64,000 nt of DNA from Emiliania huxleyi CCMP1516. Its lineage: Eukaryota. The DNA is taken from NCBI RefSeq assembly GCF_000372725.1, contig NW_005201360.1:208881-272880 (forward strand), read 5' to 3'. The position numbers and the translations under genes are program-made. The stretch's first letter is position 1. Each line of letters begins with the position of its first letter. Below are positions 37,003-48,764 of this stretch, piece after piece. A model generated the notes under the pieces. That model did not search any database and was not told where the DNA came from. It worked only from the letters and a program-made list of their open reading frames with translations.

Positions 37003-40000
37003 ATGAAGCAATCGGCATTCCCTCTCGCCCTTCTCTTCGCCGCGAGAGTCCATTCTCTGAGCCCGACGCTGCGGCTGCCGAGTCGCGCCGCGCTCAAAGT
37101 CGGCAGCCAGGTTGCGGCCGGGCAGTACGGCCGTATCCATCTCGCCGAGTGGGATGGTGTGCCTGCGGTCGCAAAGAGACCCTACGCTGCGCTCGCGGCA
37201 GACGCGGCCTTGGCCGGAGAGTACTTTAACGTTGAGCGCGAGGTCAACGAGGCCATTCAGAGGTCCAGCCCCGAGACAGAGCACTTTCCACGCTTCCTCG
37301 GCTGCGCTTCGTCTGGAGGCGACGAGTGGCTCGTGTGGGAGCGGCTAGCGGGCTGCTGCCTGGGCGGCGAGGGCGAGGCGGCGTCGGAGCTCGCCCGGTA
37401 CTCCGGCAGCGGTGCCAAGCTGGAGGCGGACCATGGGCTGTCGCCACGTGCGGCGCTGCGGCAGCTCCTCGAGTGCGCCGCTCCTCCGCACGTGCCTGGC
37501 CTCTGGCACCTTCCCTGCACCTTTCCGGAGTCCTGGCAGGTGCGCCGCCGCGCTGCACCGGCTCGGCTACGTCCACCGCGACATCAAGCTCGAGAACTGC
37601 CTGCTCGCTTCCACCGCCGCCTCCGCCACCTCCTCCTCCGCCCCGCCTTCCTCTGTCAAGCTCATCGACATGGGCTCGGCGGCCTTCGTCGACGGCTGCA
37701 CGCTCACCGTCCCGCGCACACCGCCTAGACCCCTCCCTGAACCTTCGGAGACCCTTCCTCCAGGCTGCACGCTCCTCGACCGCGCGCGCAGCCGCTGCAC
37801 CAGCCTCGACCCGGACCGGTCGCCTTGCTCTCCTCTCTATGCCCCGCCGGAGCAGTTCGCATCGCCCGACTTTCCGTTCGCGTTTGACGTGTACTGCCTC
37901 GGAATCTCGTACCTCCGCCTGAGCCTGAGCTGCCTCAAGTCGGACTCGCAGCTCGAAGCCTTTCGGATCGAGCTCTCTTCCCTCGCCGGCGGCGCGAGCC
38001 CGGCCGCAGCAGCCCCCGAGCCCGTCCCTCAGCCGCCCCCCTGAGCCTTCTCGGAACCTTCCGCCCAGGCGAGCTCGACCGATGGGTCCGCGCCAAGCTC
38101 ACGGGCACCGCACTGCTCCACCCTCTGGACGCGTCCGCGACAAGTCCGCGACAAGTCCGCGACACGTCCACAGGCACCGCCGTCGACCCGACGCTCGCCA
38201 ACGAGCTGAGCGACGCGCTGCCGGCGGACAGCCTGCCGCTCCTCGCCGCCATGCTGAGGGAGGACCCCGCCCGCCGCCCCACCATCGACTCTCTCCTCGA
38301 GCACCCCTTCTTGCGCGCCGGCGCCGGGAGCGACGCGGCCGGCCTGGCCCCACGACCGGCATGGCTGTCGCGCCTCCTCGGTGGCGGCGGCGAGGACGAG
38401 TGCGAGGTGCGGCTTGGCCTCCTCCTGGCCTGCCTCCCTCCCTCCCTCTCCCTCCGCCACCCTCTCCCTCCGCCACCCTCTCCCTCCGCCACCCACCCTC
38501 TCCGCCACCCTCTCCCTCCAGGTCCTGCCCTTCTACGACTCGGTCGAGCGGCCCCTCGCCGTGCGCGTCCGCCTCCGGCCGCCGCTCGGCCTGCTGCTGG
38601 GCGAGGCGTCGAGCGATGGGGAGCGTGCGGCGCTCGGCGCGTCGCTCGGAGATGGAGGGGGCGGCTGCATCTCCCCGGGTCGTCTCGCCTGATCTCGGAC
38701 GATCTTCCCTCAGGCGCGTCGCTCGCGGTGGAGGAGCTGCTCGACGAGGGAGCGGCGGCGGCGAGCGGCAGGGTGCGCGAGGGCGACGGCCTCGTGCGCG
38801 TCGGACGGTCCCTGACCCTCCTCGGAGCCCTCCAATAGGTGCGCGCGGGCGACCGGCTTGTGAGCATCGACGGCGAGACGGTGCGCGACGCGAGATGGCG
38901 TAGGGCTCTCGGCGTCTGGAGCCCTCTCTGAGCCTTGACGTGGTCTCTGAGCCTTGACGAGGTGCGCGACGCGAGCCTGGACGAGGTGATGGGCATGCTC
39001 CGCCGCTCGCCGCGCCGCGCGGGCTTCGAGCTCGGCTTCGAGCGCTCGTGCAGCCAGGAACAGTGCGACATCAGTGGAGCCGACAGCGGCACGGACCCGC
39101 GGCACCGACCACGACACGTCCGCGACATGTCTTGGACATGTCCCACCGCAGGCACCGAACTCGATCCGGACGGGGCGGGCGGCGGGGGGAGCGGCGAGGG
39201 CGAGAGCGTCGTCGCGCCGCCGAGAGCGGGTGCCGACGTGATCGACGGCTTCTGAACGCGTGGGGACTTCTGAGTGGCGAGGCATGACGAGTGGTGTATA
39301 GGCGTCGGCGTGATCGACGCCGGTTCCGCCGACTGGCTCGGCAAGAGAGCCACGCAGGAGGACACGCACGTGCTGACTTCCTTCTCGGCCGCGCCGCGCG
39401 ACAGCGGCGAGCGCCTAGATGCTGCGCACGCACCCGTGTGTCCCTGCACGAGGGCGGGGTGCCGCTTTACTCAGGCCGCACTCGAGCCGCACTCGAGCCG
39501 CACTGGCCACCGGACACCGGACACGTCCTCGAGCGCACGGCCTCGTCGAGGCTGCAGGCTTGCAGCCGCACGCACCGCACACCCCGTCCAATAGGCGGCG
39601 AGGGCGGCGCGTCGACGTACGTGCTCGCGGCGTGCTTCGACGGCCACCGCGGGCCAAGGGCGTCGCTGCACGCCGCGAGCGCTCTGCCCGCCGCCGTGCG
39701 TGATGCGATCCGCGCGGGCGAGCCGTCGCCCCTCGCGGTGGTCGCCTTCCCGTGTCGGAACTTTCCCGGAACCTTCGTGCAGGCGAGCCGTCGCCTCTCG
39801 CGGCAGCGTGGCGGGCGGTGGCGCAGAGCTACGGCGAGGGCGGCGAGCAGGACGGTGCGTGCGCGAGCATGGCGCTGGTGCGGCAGGACGGGCTCTGCGA
39901 GGCTGGCCTTTGGTCGACTGATTGACGTGTCCTGGTGGACAAGCGCCGGACGTGTCGAGTGCGCGTCCCGATAGGTGGTCAATTGTGGCGATTGCCGGAC

Positions 40001-40723
40001 GGTGCTCTGCGCTCGAGGAGAAGGAGGAGGAGAGGGGGGAGAGGAGGCAGGGGGGGACGGCGAGCCGTCGACGTTCGTGGCTTTTGCGACCCGCGACCAC
40101 GCGGCATCGGATCCGGCGGAGGCACAGAAAAGTCGACTCGGCGGGCGAGGTCGAGATCTCGGCGAGATCTCGGCTGCTGCTCGGCGGAAATAGGTGCAGA
40201 GAGTCGACGCGGCGGGCGGGCGCGTGCGCTGCGGGAGCGGCGGGGAGATGCGCGTCGCCGTCAACACGCCAGCCGGCAAGTGGCAGGTGATGATCCCACC
40301 CCCGCCCGGAGCTCCCAGGGTTGCAGCTCCCAAAGCGGGTAGCGCAGCTGCGGCCCCACTCCCACTTGCGGATGGCGGCGCACTTGCGGCGGCCGCATCG
40401 CGCAGGTGGCGGTCGCTCGAGCTCTCGGTGGGAGTGAGTGGCGCGGCGGCGGCATCAGCGACGCCGCGGACGTGACCACACTCCGCCTCGACGAGAGCCA
40501 CACCTTTCTGGTCCTCGCGTCGGACGGCGTCTGGGGCGTCCTCGACCAGCTGGCGGAGGGGTCGGCCGCGCGCTCTCGCGGCGTCGCGTGGCGCGTCGCA
40601 GCGGCGCGCGCCGCAGGCAAGAGCGCGGGGGACATTGCGGACGGGCTCGTGCGCTGCGCCGCGCGCGAGGGAGGCACCGACAACGCGAGCTGCATTGTGC
40701 TGCTCCTGGGGTCGGGAACTTAG
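37003..40723 (+). CDS. Ser/Thr kinase (STN7/STN8-like) - PDZ - PP2C phosphatase fusion with N-terminal signal/transit peptide, multi-exon
   Basis: AGQYGRI, AVAKR, HRDIKLEN, IDMGSAA, YAPPE; PDZ PLGLLLGE...AAASGR|VRAGDRLVSIDGET|VRDASLDEVMGML; PP2C ATQED, FDGHRG, NCGDCR, TRDH, VARALG, ASDGVW, GTDNAS. Confidence 0.8.
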
Positions 40724-41159
40724 ACGTTAGAGCTCCGCGGTAGAGCGACCGCTCCAACACACTCTCTCTTGCGCGTTCTTCACTCTTCTCGAGATCTCGT
40801 CGTCTTTTGCAGATTTTCCTGTACTATGCTTCAAATAGTGTCAGGTACAGTATTCACACAGCTCACAGGGATGTGCGCGTAAAAAGCTCCCTTGTCACCC
40901 TTTAGCCTTTTGACTCTCCCCCACACGGGATCCTGATGCGTATGCCGGGCGATACTACTACCCCCGGGGGGCCCAGTGGCGGTGCAAGGCTAGCCCCAAC
41001 TCGTGCCACGCGCCGCACCCGCTCGATTCGTGCGGGCGCCCAACAGTCTCCGCACCCAGAGGGAGCGACGAGGGCGCTGTCCCGAGCCAGCATGGTGGGC
41101 CCCGCCCGTCGCACAGCCGCCGCGCACACCTCCGTCAAATCACCCCACACAAGCTGCGG

Positions 41160-43203
41160 CTAGTCCTTGAGGCCCATGCCACGCCGCCGGTTCGAGCGCG
41201 CCACCTCCGCCTGCCGCTCGTCGGTGCGCGCGAGGAAGGCCTGCGGAGCGAGAGGGGGCCATCGGACGCGTGAGGGACGCGTCGCGGAACGTGCACGTCT
41301 CAGCAGAAGAGGTCGGAGGTGGGCCGAGACTGGCCGAGGTGTGTTGCGCGATGGAGAGGGGGACTGGCGGCGTCACCGCCTCGCCACTGACTGCCTCGCC
41401 ACAATTGCCCGTGAGAGTGTCTAGTAGTGTCTTTTGAAGTGGCTAGGGTGGTGTCTAGGAAGTGCCTCGCGCCTGCTTGGCGAGGTAGCCGTCCTTCGCG
41501 AACCGGTCCATCTCGTCGCGCGTCGCCTCGTCCTGCTTGCTCTTGAAGTTGCCCCAGTCGTGCCGCGACTTCTCCATCGTCGACATCTTCTTCTTGCCTG
41601 TGGCGCGGGAGGGAGGCGCCGGCGGAGGGTGTGCGCGGGTCGGCGGGCGGGCCGAGGGAGCTGAGGGGGAAACGGCAAAGCCTCGACGCCCGACTGCACC
41701 AATCCCTGCACCTCGGCCGCCCCTCGGCCGCCCCTCGGCTGCATCTCGGCTGCATCTCGGCTGCATCTCGCCGTCGAGCGAGGCGAGCAGCCCCTGCAGC
41801 CCCGTCGGCTTGGCAGCAGGCAGCTTCGGCGCGGGCAGGGCCGGCTTGAACTCGAGGCCTTCCGCCACCTGCAGGAGGGCCCCGAGCAGGCTGGGGGACG
41901 GCTCCTGTGGGCAAGCTCTGAACTCGAGGCCGCCCGCCACCGACGAGGCTGCCCCGCCCTGCTCCGCCATCTGCCTCTGCAGCGCCGACGACGCGTCGAC
42001 CGCCTGCGGGAAGGGTCGCGGAAGGCTCGCGGAAGGCTCGCGGACAGATCCGCCTCGTGCAGCGCCGAGGAGGCGATGGCCGCCTGCTGTAGCGACGGCT
42101 TGGCGGAGGGTGCGGCTGCGGCGGCGGCACCCTTGCCGCGCCCGATGCCGCCCGCCTCGCGCTGCTGGTAAGCGAGGTGCTCCTGGAGGTGGCGCTCCGG
42201 GAAGGTTCAGGGAGGGTTCCGACTCCCTCTGCGCTGCGGGTGGGGGCGGTGGCGGTTTCCTTGCTCCCCGCCTTGACCTGCTTGGTGACCACGAGCTCCT
42301 CGCCGCAAAAGTCGACCGCCTGCGGGACGTGTCATGAAGGCAGGGAGGGGCGAGTCGAGGGCAGCGGCGGAGCGGCGCAGTGGCCAGCCGCCGAGGAGGG
42401 GATGGTGGACACGGCCGCACGCGCCGAGAAGGGAACGTTGAGGGGTGGAGAGGGGGCGGGGACGCGCGGCGTGCCGACACGGCCTTCGCCCAGTCGCACA
42501 GGGGTGGAGGGGAAGCGGCGGAGGGAGAGCAGGCGTGGCGCGCCTGGGTGATGGTCACCATCCCGCTCCCCGCCCCGCCGCCGTCCGAGGGGCGCGACGC
42601 CGCGCCCGCCGTCTTCGCGAGGAGCGCCTTGATGTCGAGCCCGCCGCCCTTGCCCACCGCGCCGCCTCCTCCGCCGCTCCCGCTCCCGCCGCCCGCTTTT
42701 CCCGCCGCCGCGCCGGGCACTGCCCGTGCCGGCTTTGCTGCCGGCGCCCCGCCGTTCATCTCGGCCCACAGGTCGTCCACCTTTGTGTTGCTGCTCGCCG
42801 CCTCCGCCTCCGCCTCGCTCGGACCGCCCGCCTCGCCCGCCGCCTCGTCCGCCGCCTCGTCCGGCTCTCCCGCTGCGGCCGCCTCGGCCGCCTCGTCATC
42901 AGACAGCGCGATGCCGCCGCCGCGCTTCGGAGCACCGCCCGCCTTCTTCTTCTTCTTCGCCGGCTTCTTGGGCTTGGGCGCCTGCCGCTTCGCGCCCCGC
43001 CCCTTGCCCTCGCTGTCCGCCACCGGCCCCACTTCCACCGCCGTCTCGTCATACTCTAGGTCGCCGTCCGAGTCTGAGTCGCCCTCGCCGGCGGAGGGGG
43101 CGTAATCGGCGTCCTCCTCCTCCTCCTCGTCGTCCTCCTCGCCCTGATCCTTGTCCTCCTCCACCTCGTCCTCCTCGACCAGGTCGCGCACGGTAGTCGA
43201 CAT
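41160..43203 (-). CDS. SWC5: BCNT-C domain protein (CFDP1/Swc5, SWR1 complex subunit)
   Basis: Acidic N-terminus with DADYAP; KVDDLWAEM; C-terminal MSTMEKSRHDWGNFK...KDGYLAKQ|AFLARTDERQ. Confidence 0.85.
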
Positions 43204-43359
43204 CGATGACAGAGGTTCTGAGGCCCGTGAGGCGAAAGGCGAGTCGATGACACCCTCGAGTTGTTCGCGCCGTCGCAGTCGCAAAAACAAAAGCGAAATG
43301 ACCGGTGCGCGCTGGTGCGCGGGAACGAGACATCGGCGCCAGGCAACTCCACCAGTGGC

Positions 43360-44331
43360 ATGGCAACAGCGGGCGAGGAGCAGCCCGCGCATGCCGCTCC
43401 GACCGCAGACGAGTCCACGCTGCCCGCGCCCGACGCTCCGCCTCCGTCTCTGTCGGACCTTGGCCTCGCGGTTGGCGCGGAGGTTGAGGTGAGCTGGGAG
43501 GTGGAGCTGACCGACGGATCGTCGGGGAGCGTCTGGTGGTCGGGGCTCCTCGAGGCGGGCGTCGAGCCTGGCAGCCTGCAGTTGAAGTACGCGGCGGCGC
43601 ATGGCTTCGAGGAGGAGACACGAGCCGTCCGCTTCGTCGACTCAACGCTGCTCATGGATACGGCGCTGCAGGAGACGCTCTCGTGGCGCATGCCGGGAGA
43701 GGAGGAGGGGGAGGAGGAGGAGGAGGAGGGGGACGTTGCGGCGGGCGAGGCGGTCGGCGCCAAGCGTCCGCGCGAGGGGGAGGAGGAGGACGTGGCGGAC
43801 GGCTCGCTCCGCGTGGGCGCGCTCGTCAAGGCGCGGCTCGACGCGAGCGGGCGCTCCTTCTCGGCGTCGGTGCACGCGCGCAACGAGGACGGCACCTTCG
43901 ACCTGTCCTGCGACGGCTCGCTTGTGGAGGGCGTCCCTGCGGCGCTCGTCGAGCCGGTCGCGGTGGGCGCGGCGGTGGCGGACTCGCTGCTGCGCGACGA
44001 GCCGGGCGGACACATCGAGGGCACCTCCGCCTTCTTCGACGCCTTCACCGCCGCGCTCACCAGCGGGCCAAAGTTCCGCACGCTGACGGCGGCCCCGCAT
44101 CCGGCGGGCGGCGGACGATGCGCGCACCCGGCCTGAGCCTCCTCGGAATGTCCTCCGTAGGCGGCCCAGCAGGCGGTGGCGAGCGAGAAGGTGCAGTCGC
44201 TCCGGCCAGCGTTCGAGGAGGAGCTCGCCGCCCTCCGCGCCACGCGCGGCGAGGGCGCCACCGTCACCGACGTCGACATCCGGGAGATGATGCCGCGTGT
44301 GATGGCGCGAGCGGCCCGCGCAGCCACCTAG
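43360..44331 (+). CDS. Hypothetical protein with Tudor/SH3-like beta domains, 2 exons
   Basis: LAVGAEVEVSWEV...VWWSG; LRVGALVKARL...NEDGTFDL; intron ~44090-44160. Confidence 0.6.
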
Positions 44332-44768
44332 GCGGACCTTGCCTTTCTGCTTTCATTTGCCTGCCTCGCTCGGCGACTCGGGTTCGAGGGCGGCGCGGGG
44401 CCCGGGCAAGAGGCGCCAGACCCGACGCGCAAGGCGCCCTGTAGTCCGCGAGCGTCTGTGCGACACTTTCGTGCGACAGTGTGACGGACGATTTGGGAGC
44501 GAGAGCGGTGGCCACGGTGCCGGCGGGGGGTTCGGGCCGTGTGTCTGTGTGCGCCGGTCCTGGGCGGGCTCCTGCTCCTGGCACGGACTGCTGGCCGACC
44601 CTTCCCCCACGGGGCGAGCTGCGGAGGCGCTGGACCAGCGTTTGTGAGTATTATCTTATCTGAACAGCCGTATTGAATCGGAGAAAAAACAGAGCGAAGC
44701 GACAAAAGAAAATACACGCAGCGTCGTGGCTCGTGCTCGTCACAGCACATAAGCGATAACGGATAAGG

Positions 44769-45530
44769 TCATACTGACTCCGTCTTGTTCGCATCCTTCT
44801 TCCTCTTCTTCTTCTTGACGCCCTCTGGCCGCGCCTCTCCGGCGCTGGCCCCCTCCCCCTTCTCTCTCCGCTTCTCCTTCCGCTCCTTCTTCTCCTTCCT
44901 CAGCCGCTTCTCCTCTCTGCTCCGCTTCGCCTTGCAGCCGTCCGTCCCGCCAACCTCCGGCCCGGCGGCGGCCGCCTCTTTCGCAGCACTGCCGCCGCTC
45001 GCGCCACTGCCTCCGCCGCCGTACTTCGCCATGAACTCCGCGTCCGCGTCGCTCACTCGCTTCTCCTTGCCCACCTGCAGCCCCGGATGCGCGCGGCGGC
45101 CGAGTCGGGCACCGCCGCAGAGCTCAAAGAGGGCGGCGTCGTCGAGGCCGGGGATGATGCCGCTGCCGGCCGGCTTGACGCCAAACAGGTTGACGGCCGC
45201 GTCGCCGGCCGCCTCGCGCTCGCGCTTCTTCTTCTTGCTCTTGGGAGGCTTGACCTTGTCGACCGGCGGGCGCGGGAGGTCGGCCGGAGGCGCCCAGCTG
45301 GTGGACGCCGCCTCGGTCTTCGCGCCCAGCCCGAGCAGGTCCGCGCGCTGCTTCACACTGATGTGCGACTTCATGCCGTCCTCGTTCTTGCCGAGCCCCT
45401 TGCCCTCCGCCCACCCAAACTTGGCCAGCATCTTGCGTCCAAAATCGCACGACATGTCGGCCGCCGACTCGTTGACCACCGCGCCGAGCGAGCCGCGCGT
45501 CTTGCGAGAGAGGAGGCTCTGGTCGAGCAT
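44769..45530 (-). CDS. G-patch domain protein (PINX1/GPATCH4-like), intronless
   Basis: FGRKMLAKFGWAEGKGLGKNEDGMKSHISVKQRADLLGLG; Lys-rich C-terminus. Confidence 0.9.
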   Translation of the reverse strand: MLDQSLLSRKTRGSLGAVVNESAADMSCDFGRKMLAKFGWAEGKGLGKNEDGMKSHISVKQRADLLGLGAKTEAASTSWAPPADLPRPPVDKVKPPKSKKKKREREAAGDAAVNLFGVKPAGSGIIPGLDDAALFELCGGARLGRRAHPGLQVGKEKRVSDADAEFMAKYGGGGSGASGGSAAKEAAAAGPEVGGTDGCKAKRSREEKRLRKEKKERKEKRREKGEGASAGEARPEGVKKKKRKKDANKTESV

Positions 45531-45856
45531 GATGAGAGCCGGGCAGCCACGAGTCCGTTGCAGCTGCTGCAACCTTGTACTGTGGAGCTGGCACGTGGGG
45601 TGAGCGAGGAGAGCGCACAGGCTCTCGAGGTCTCTTGGAATCCTCGTACTCAATTCTCGCAAATGGCGCCCAGCTAGCTTTGTTTTCTCCGTTTCCTTGT
45701 ACAGGGTACAGCGAGAAAACAAAACGGTCAACACGAAACAAAACGCACCTCTGCCTCCCTCTTGCAGCCCGGCACACGACTAATCTCGATGCTCGCGGTC
45801 CTCAACACCTCCCAACAACAACTCCAAACACCCACTCACGCCCTGGCCCTCACGCC

Positions 45857-46675
45857 TCAGCCGGCGAGCAGCTGAAAGGCCAGCACAAAGTTGACCGTCA
45901 CGAGCACGCAAGCGCCTAGGGTCCGGTCCGAAGATGAAGGTGAGGGGGTGCGGTGCGCGCAGGTTGCCCCGCACGAGCACAGCGAGCGCGCCGGCCACCA
46001 GCCCGCGCCCCGAGGACGGCTCCTCGCGCTTGCCGCTGCGCAGCCGTTCCTGCACGTTCACCACCGGCGTGTTCCAGGAAGTGGCGCGGAACCTCTGCGC
46101 CGCCTTGCGCCGCTCGGCCGCGTCAGCTGCCGCCTCGAGCTCCGCGTCGTACAGCTTGCGCGCCTAGGGAGGGCGGAGCGAGCGGGTCGTAAAAGACTGC
46201 AACTACCCCGTGAGTGCAAGAGGCGGCTGCCCCGTGAGTGCAAGCTGCTGCTCGGAGAGAGAGAATCCACGCGTGCCGGCGCATGCGGGCCGCCCGAACC
46301 GACGCAGAGCCCTGCCACCCACGCCCTCTCAGCCCTGCACGCCTCTGGGTCCGAGAGGAGTTGGAACGCCTCGGCCACCTCCTGGAAGCGACGCTCCGCC
46401 GCCTCGCGGCCGGAGCCCTGGTGCCGGTCCGGGTGCCACTCCTTGGCGAGCGCCTTGTACGCCGCGCGCAGCTCTCCCTCCCGCACGCGCCGCGTCACGC
46501 CGAGCACCTGGTACGCGTCGCGATCGTCCTCGTCGCCTGCCGGAGAGGGCGCGGCGCCGCTGCTGCGGTGGCGCGCAAGCCGCGCCGCTGTCGCCCGCGG
46601 GAGCTGGGCTGGTCGACACCGCAGCAGCGAGGAGGCGGCAGCGCCGCCGCGGAGCATATATCGCAGCTTGCCCAT
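45857..46675 (-). CDS. DnaJ (J-domain) protein with transit-like N-terminus and C-terminal TM helix, 3 exons
   Basis: DAYQVLGV...AYKALAKEWHPDR...FQEVAEAFQLLSDPE|ARKLYD; last exon ACVLVTVNFVLAFQLLAG*. Confidence 0.85.
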
Positions 46676-46944
46676 GGAGCAGACAGGCCAGGCTGCAGGC
46701 CACAGTGTGTGGTGTGTGTGTGCAGGCCACAGAGCGAAAAAGAATTGGCGCGATACCAATCAAAAAGAACTGTGTTTCGGTGTGAGCTCTGTGTCTTGAT
46801 TTGCTACAATATACCAATCAAAAAGAAGAAAAGAAAACGTCGAACAGACGGGACGCACACACGACCCACCGACCGCTGCCGAAGAAACGCGGCACAAATC
46901 ACGACACACAAAATCTCGCCCTCCGTACGACAGCACCCACCGCC

Positions 46945-47961
46945 ATGTCCTCCGACTACCAGAGGCTAGGCGGCGGATCGTGGAGCAGTGCGACTGTCGC
47001 CGCCTTCATCGTCATGAATGCCGCGTTTGCTGCCTACCTCTGGTTGGGCATCCCCCGACTGTGCGCGCCGAACCCGGGGCTGGCCCACGCGCTCATGGGC
47101 TACATCTCGCTGCTCGGTGCCAGCCAGCTCTTCGAGTGCCTCATGACGGGCCAGGGAACCAATTACGGCAAGTTTGGCGCGGAGGGCGGCGGCGGCGCGG
47201 GCAGCTGGTATCAGCGCATTATGGACGCCGCAGCCAAGCCAACACTGCCGATTGGGCTCGCCTGGTGGACGATGGAGCAGCCCTCCCTGCTCGTCCCGCT
47301 CGTCTTCCTCGCCATCACAGCCTCGGCCGGCCCGCTCGACGCGGGCGCCGTCTTCCTCGGCCTCGCCCGCAGATGCCGAGAGACATTTCCACACGACTCA
47401 TCCGCCGCCAGAGCCCTTGACGCTCACTTGCGTCTTGCAATAGGCTTGTTCTGCCTGCACTACTTGCAGCGTGCGTTTGTTTACCCGTGGCTCACGCGCG
47501 GGCGGCCGTACCCCACCCTGTACTGGGCGCTGGCACTCGTCTTCACAAGCGTCAACGGAACGCTGCAGTCACTCGAGCTCCTGTTCGGCGGCTACTACTC
47601 GGGTATGCAGGATGCGTTGAGCCCTTGCGCCCTCGCCGGCTCGGCTCTGTTCGCATTTGGCATGGCCACCAACGTCCACTCGGACTACATCTTGCGCAAC
47701 CTGCGCCGACCGGGCGAGACAGGCTACAAGATTCCGCAAGGCGGCATGTTTGAGTACATATCCGGCGCAAACTTGTGGGGCGAGGTGGTGGAGTGGCTCG
47801 GCTTTGCCATCGCGACGCAGACGCCCGGCGCGGCGGTGTTCTCGCTCTTCTGCCTCGTCGGGATTGGCGGCCGCTGCGTGGCCACTCACGGCTGGTACCT
47901 CCGAAAATTTGGCGATGCGTACCCGCAGCAGCGCCGACGCATGATCCCTTTTGTCTGGTGA
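46945..47961 (+). CDS. 3-oxo-5-alpha-steroid 4-dehydrogenase (SRD5A/DET2 family); probable in-frame 84-nt GC-AG intron 47360-47443
   Basis: YGKF, AWWTMEQPS, HYLQRAFVYP, NVHSDYILRNLRRPGETGYKIPQGGMFEYISGANLWGEVVEW, HGWYLRKF. Confidence 0.92.
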   Translation: MSSDYQRLGGGSWSSATVAAFIVMNAAFAAYLWLGIPRLCAPNPGLAHALMGYISLLGASQLFECLMTGQGTNYGKFGAEGGGGAGSWYQRIMDAAAKPTLPIGLAWWTMEQPSLLVPLVFLAITASAGPLDAGAVFLGLARRCRETFPHDSSAARALDAHLRLAIGLFCLHYLQRAFVYPWLTRGRPYPTLYWALALVFTSVNGTLQSLELLFGGYYSGMQDALSPCALAGSALFAFGMATNVHSDYILRNLRRPGETGYKIPQGGMFEYISGANLWGEVVEWLGFAIATQTPGAAVFSLFCLVGIGGRCVATHGWYLRKFGDAYPQQRRRMIPFVW

Positions 47962-48125
47962 GAGGGCGGCTGCAACAGCAGTCGGCAGGCCCAGCGGCAC
48001 GCACCGCCGCGCTCGCGAGTTCGAGAGAGTTTTTTTGCGTTTGGAAAGAGTGTCAGGACGCGAGCTCGCAGGTCGCCCAATCACTTGCCCAATCGGCAAT
48101 CGCCCATCAACACTCTACATATATC

Positions 48126-48501
48126 CAGTGTGCAATCTTTACCGGTATGGGAGTTTTTGGCTAATCAAACCCAAGGCCTGCACTAATCAAAAAGTGGTAC
48201 GGGATACCAGTTGCCTCACGGAAATCAAAGCGAGTCGGAGTGCCTTCTTGGTGGCAAAATCGGCAAAATCGGCAAAATACCGGGTATTTTGCGGGTATAC
48301 CTGCAAAAACCCGGGTATACCCGGGTAATACCCGCACTTTTGCATGGTTTCGCCCCCGGGACCACACCGACAGCCGCTACAACTACTGAAAACCCCGCAT
48401 AAGCCCGCATACCACTTTCGCATACCACTATACCATACCACTCCAAAACTAATCAAAATATCGCCAAATACCAGTCTCATACCGGTAAAGATTGCACACT
48501 G
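48126..48501. mobile_element. 376-bp hAT-like MITE with 24-bp TIRs and 8-bp TSD (catatatc)
   Basis: TIR cagtgtgcaatctttaccggtatg at 48126 and its reverse complement ending 48501; catatatc at 48118-48125 and 48502-48509; internal ggcaaaat x3 and cgggta repeats. Confidence 0.92.
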
Positions 48502-48764
48502 CATATATCCTCACACAACTGGTTGGCCCAACCAAGCAACCATGATGCATGAACGATGAAGCCATACACAGACCGAGGAGTACAATATCTACAAACAACA
48601 AAGCTCAGCACGTGTTGCACCGCTGACTTCCGCGGATCCGCGCAAGCCAAGGGGTCGGGCCGCACACAACACCGAAAACGCGCTCGGCTCTCCCCTGCGA
48701 CCCGACGAGCCGACGACACCACACCCGCACCACATCGCTCCGCAGAGAACTCTGAATATAAGCG

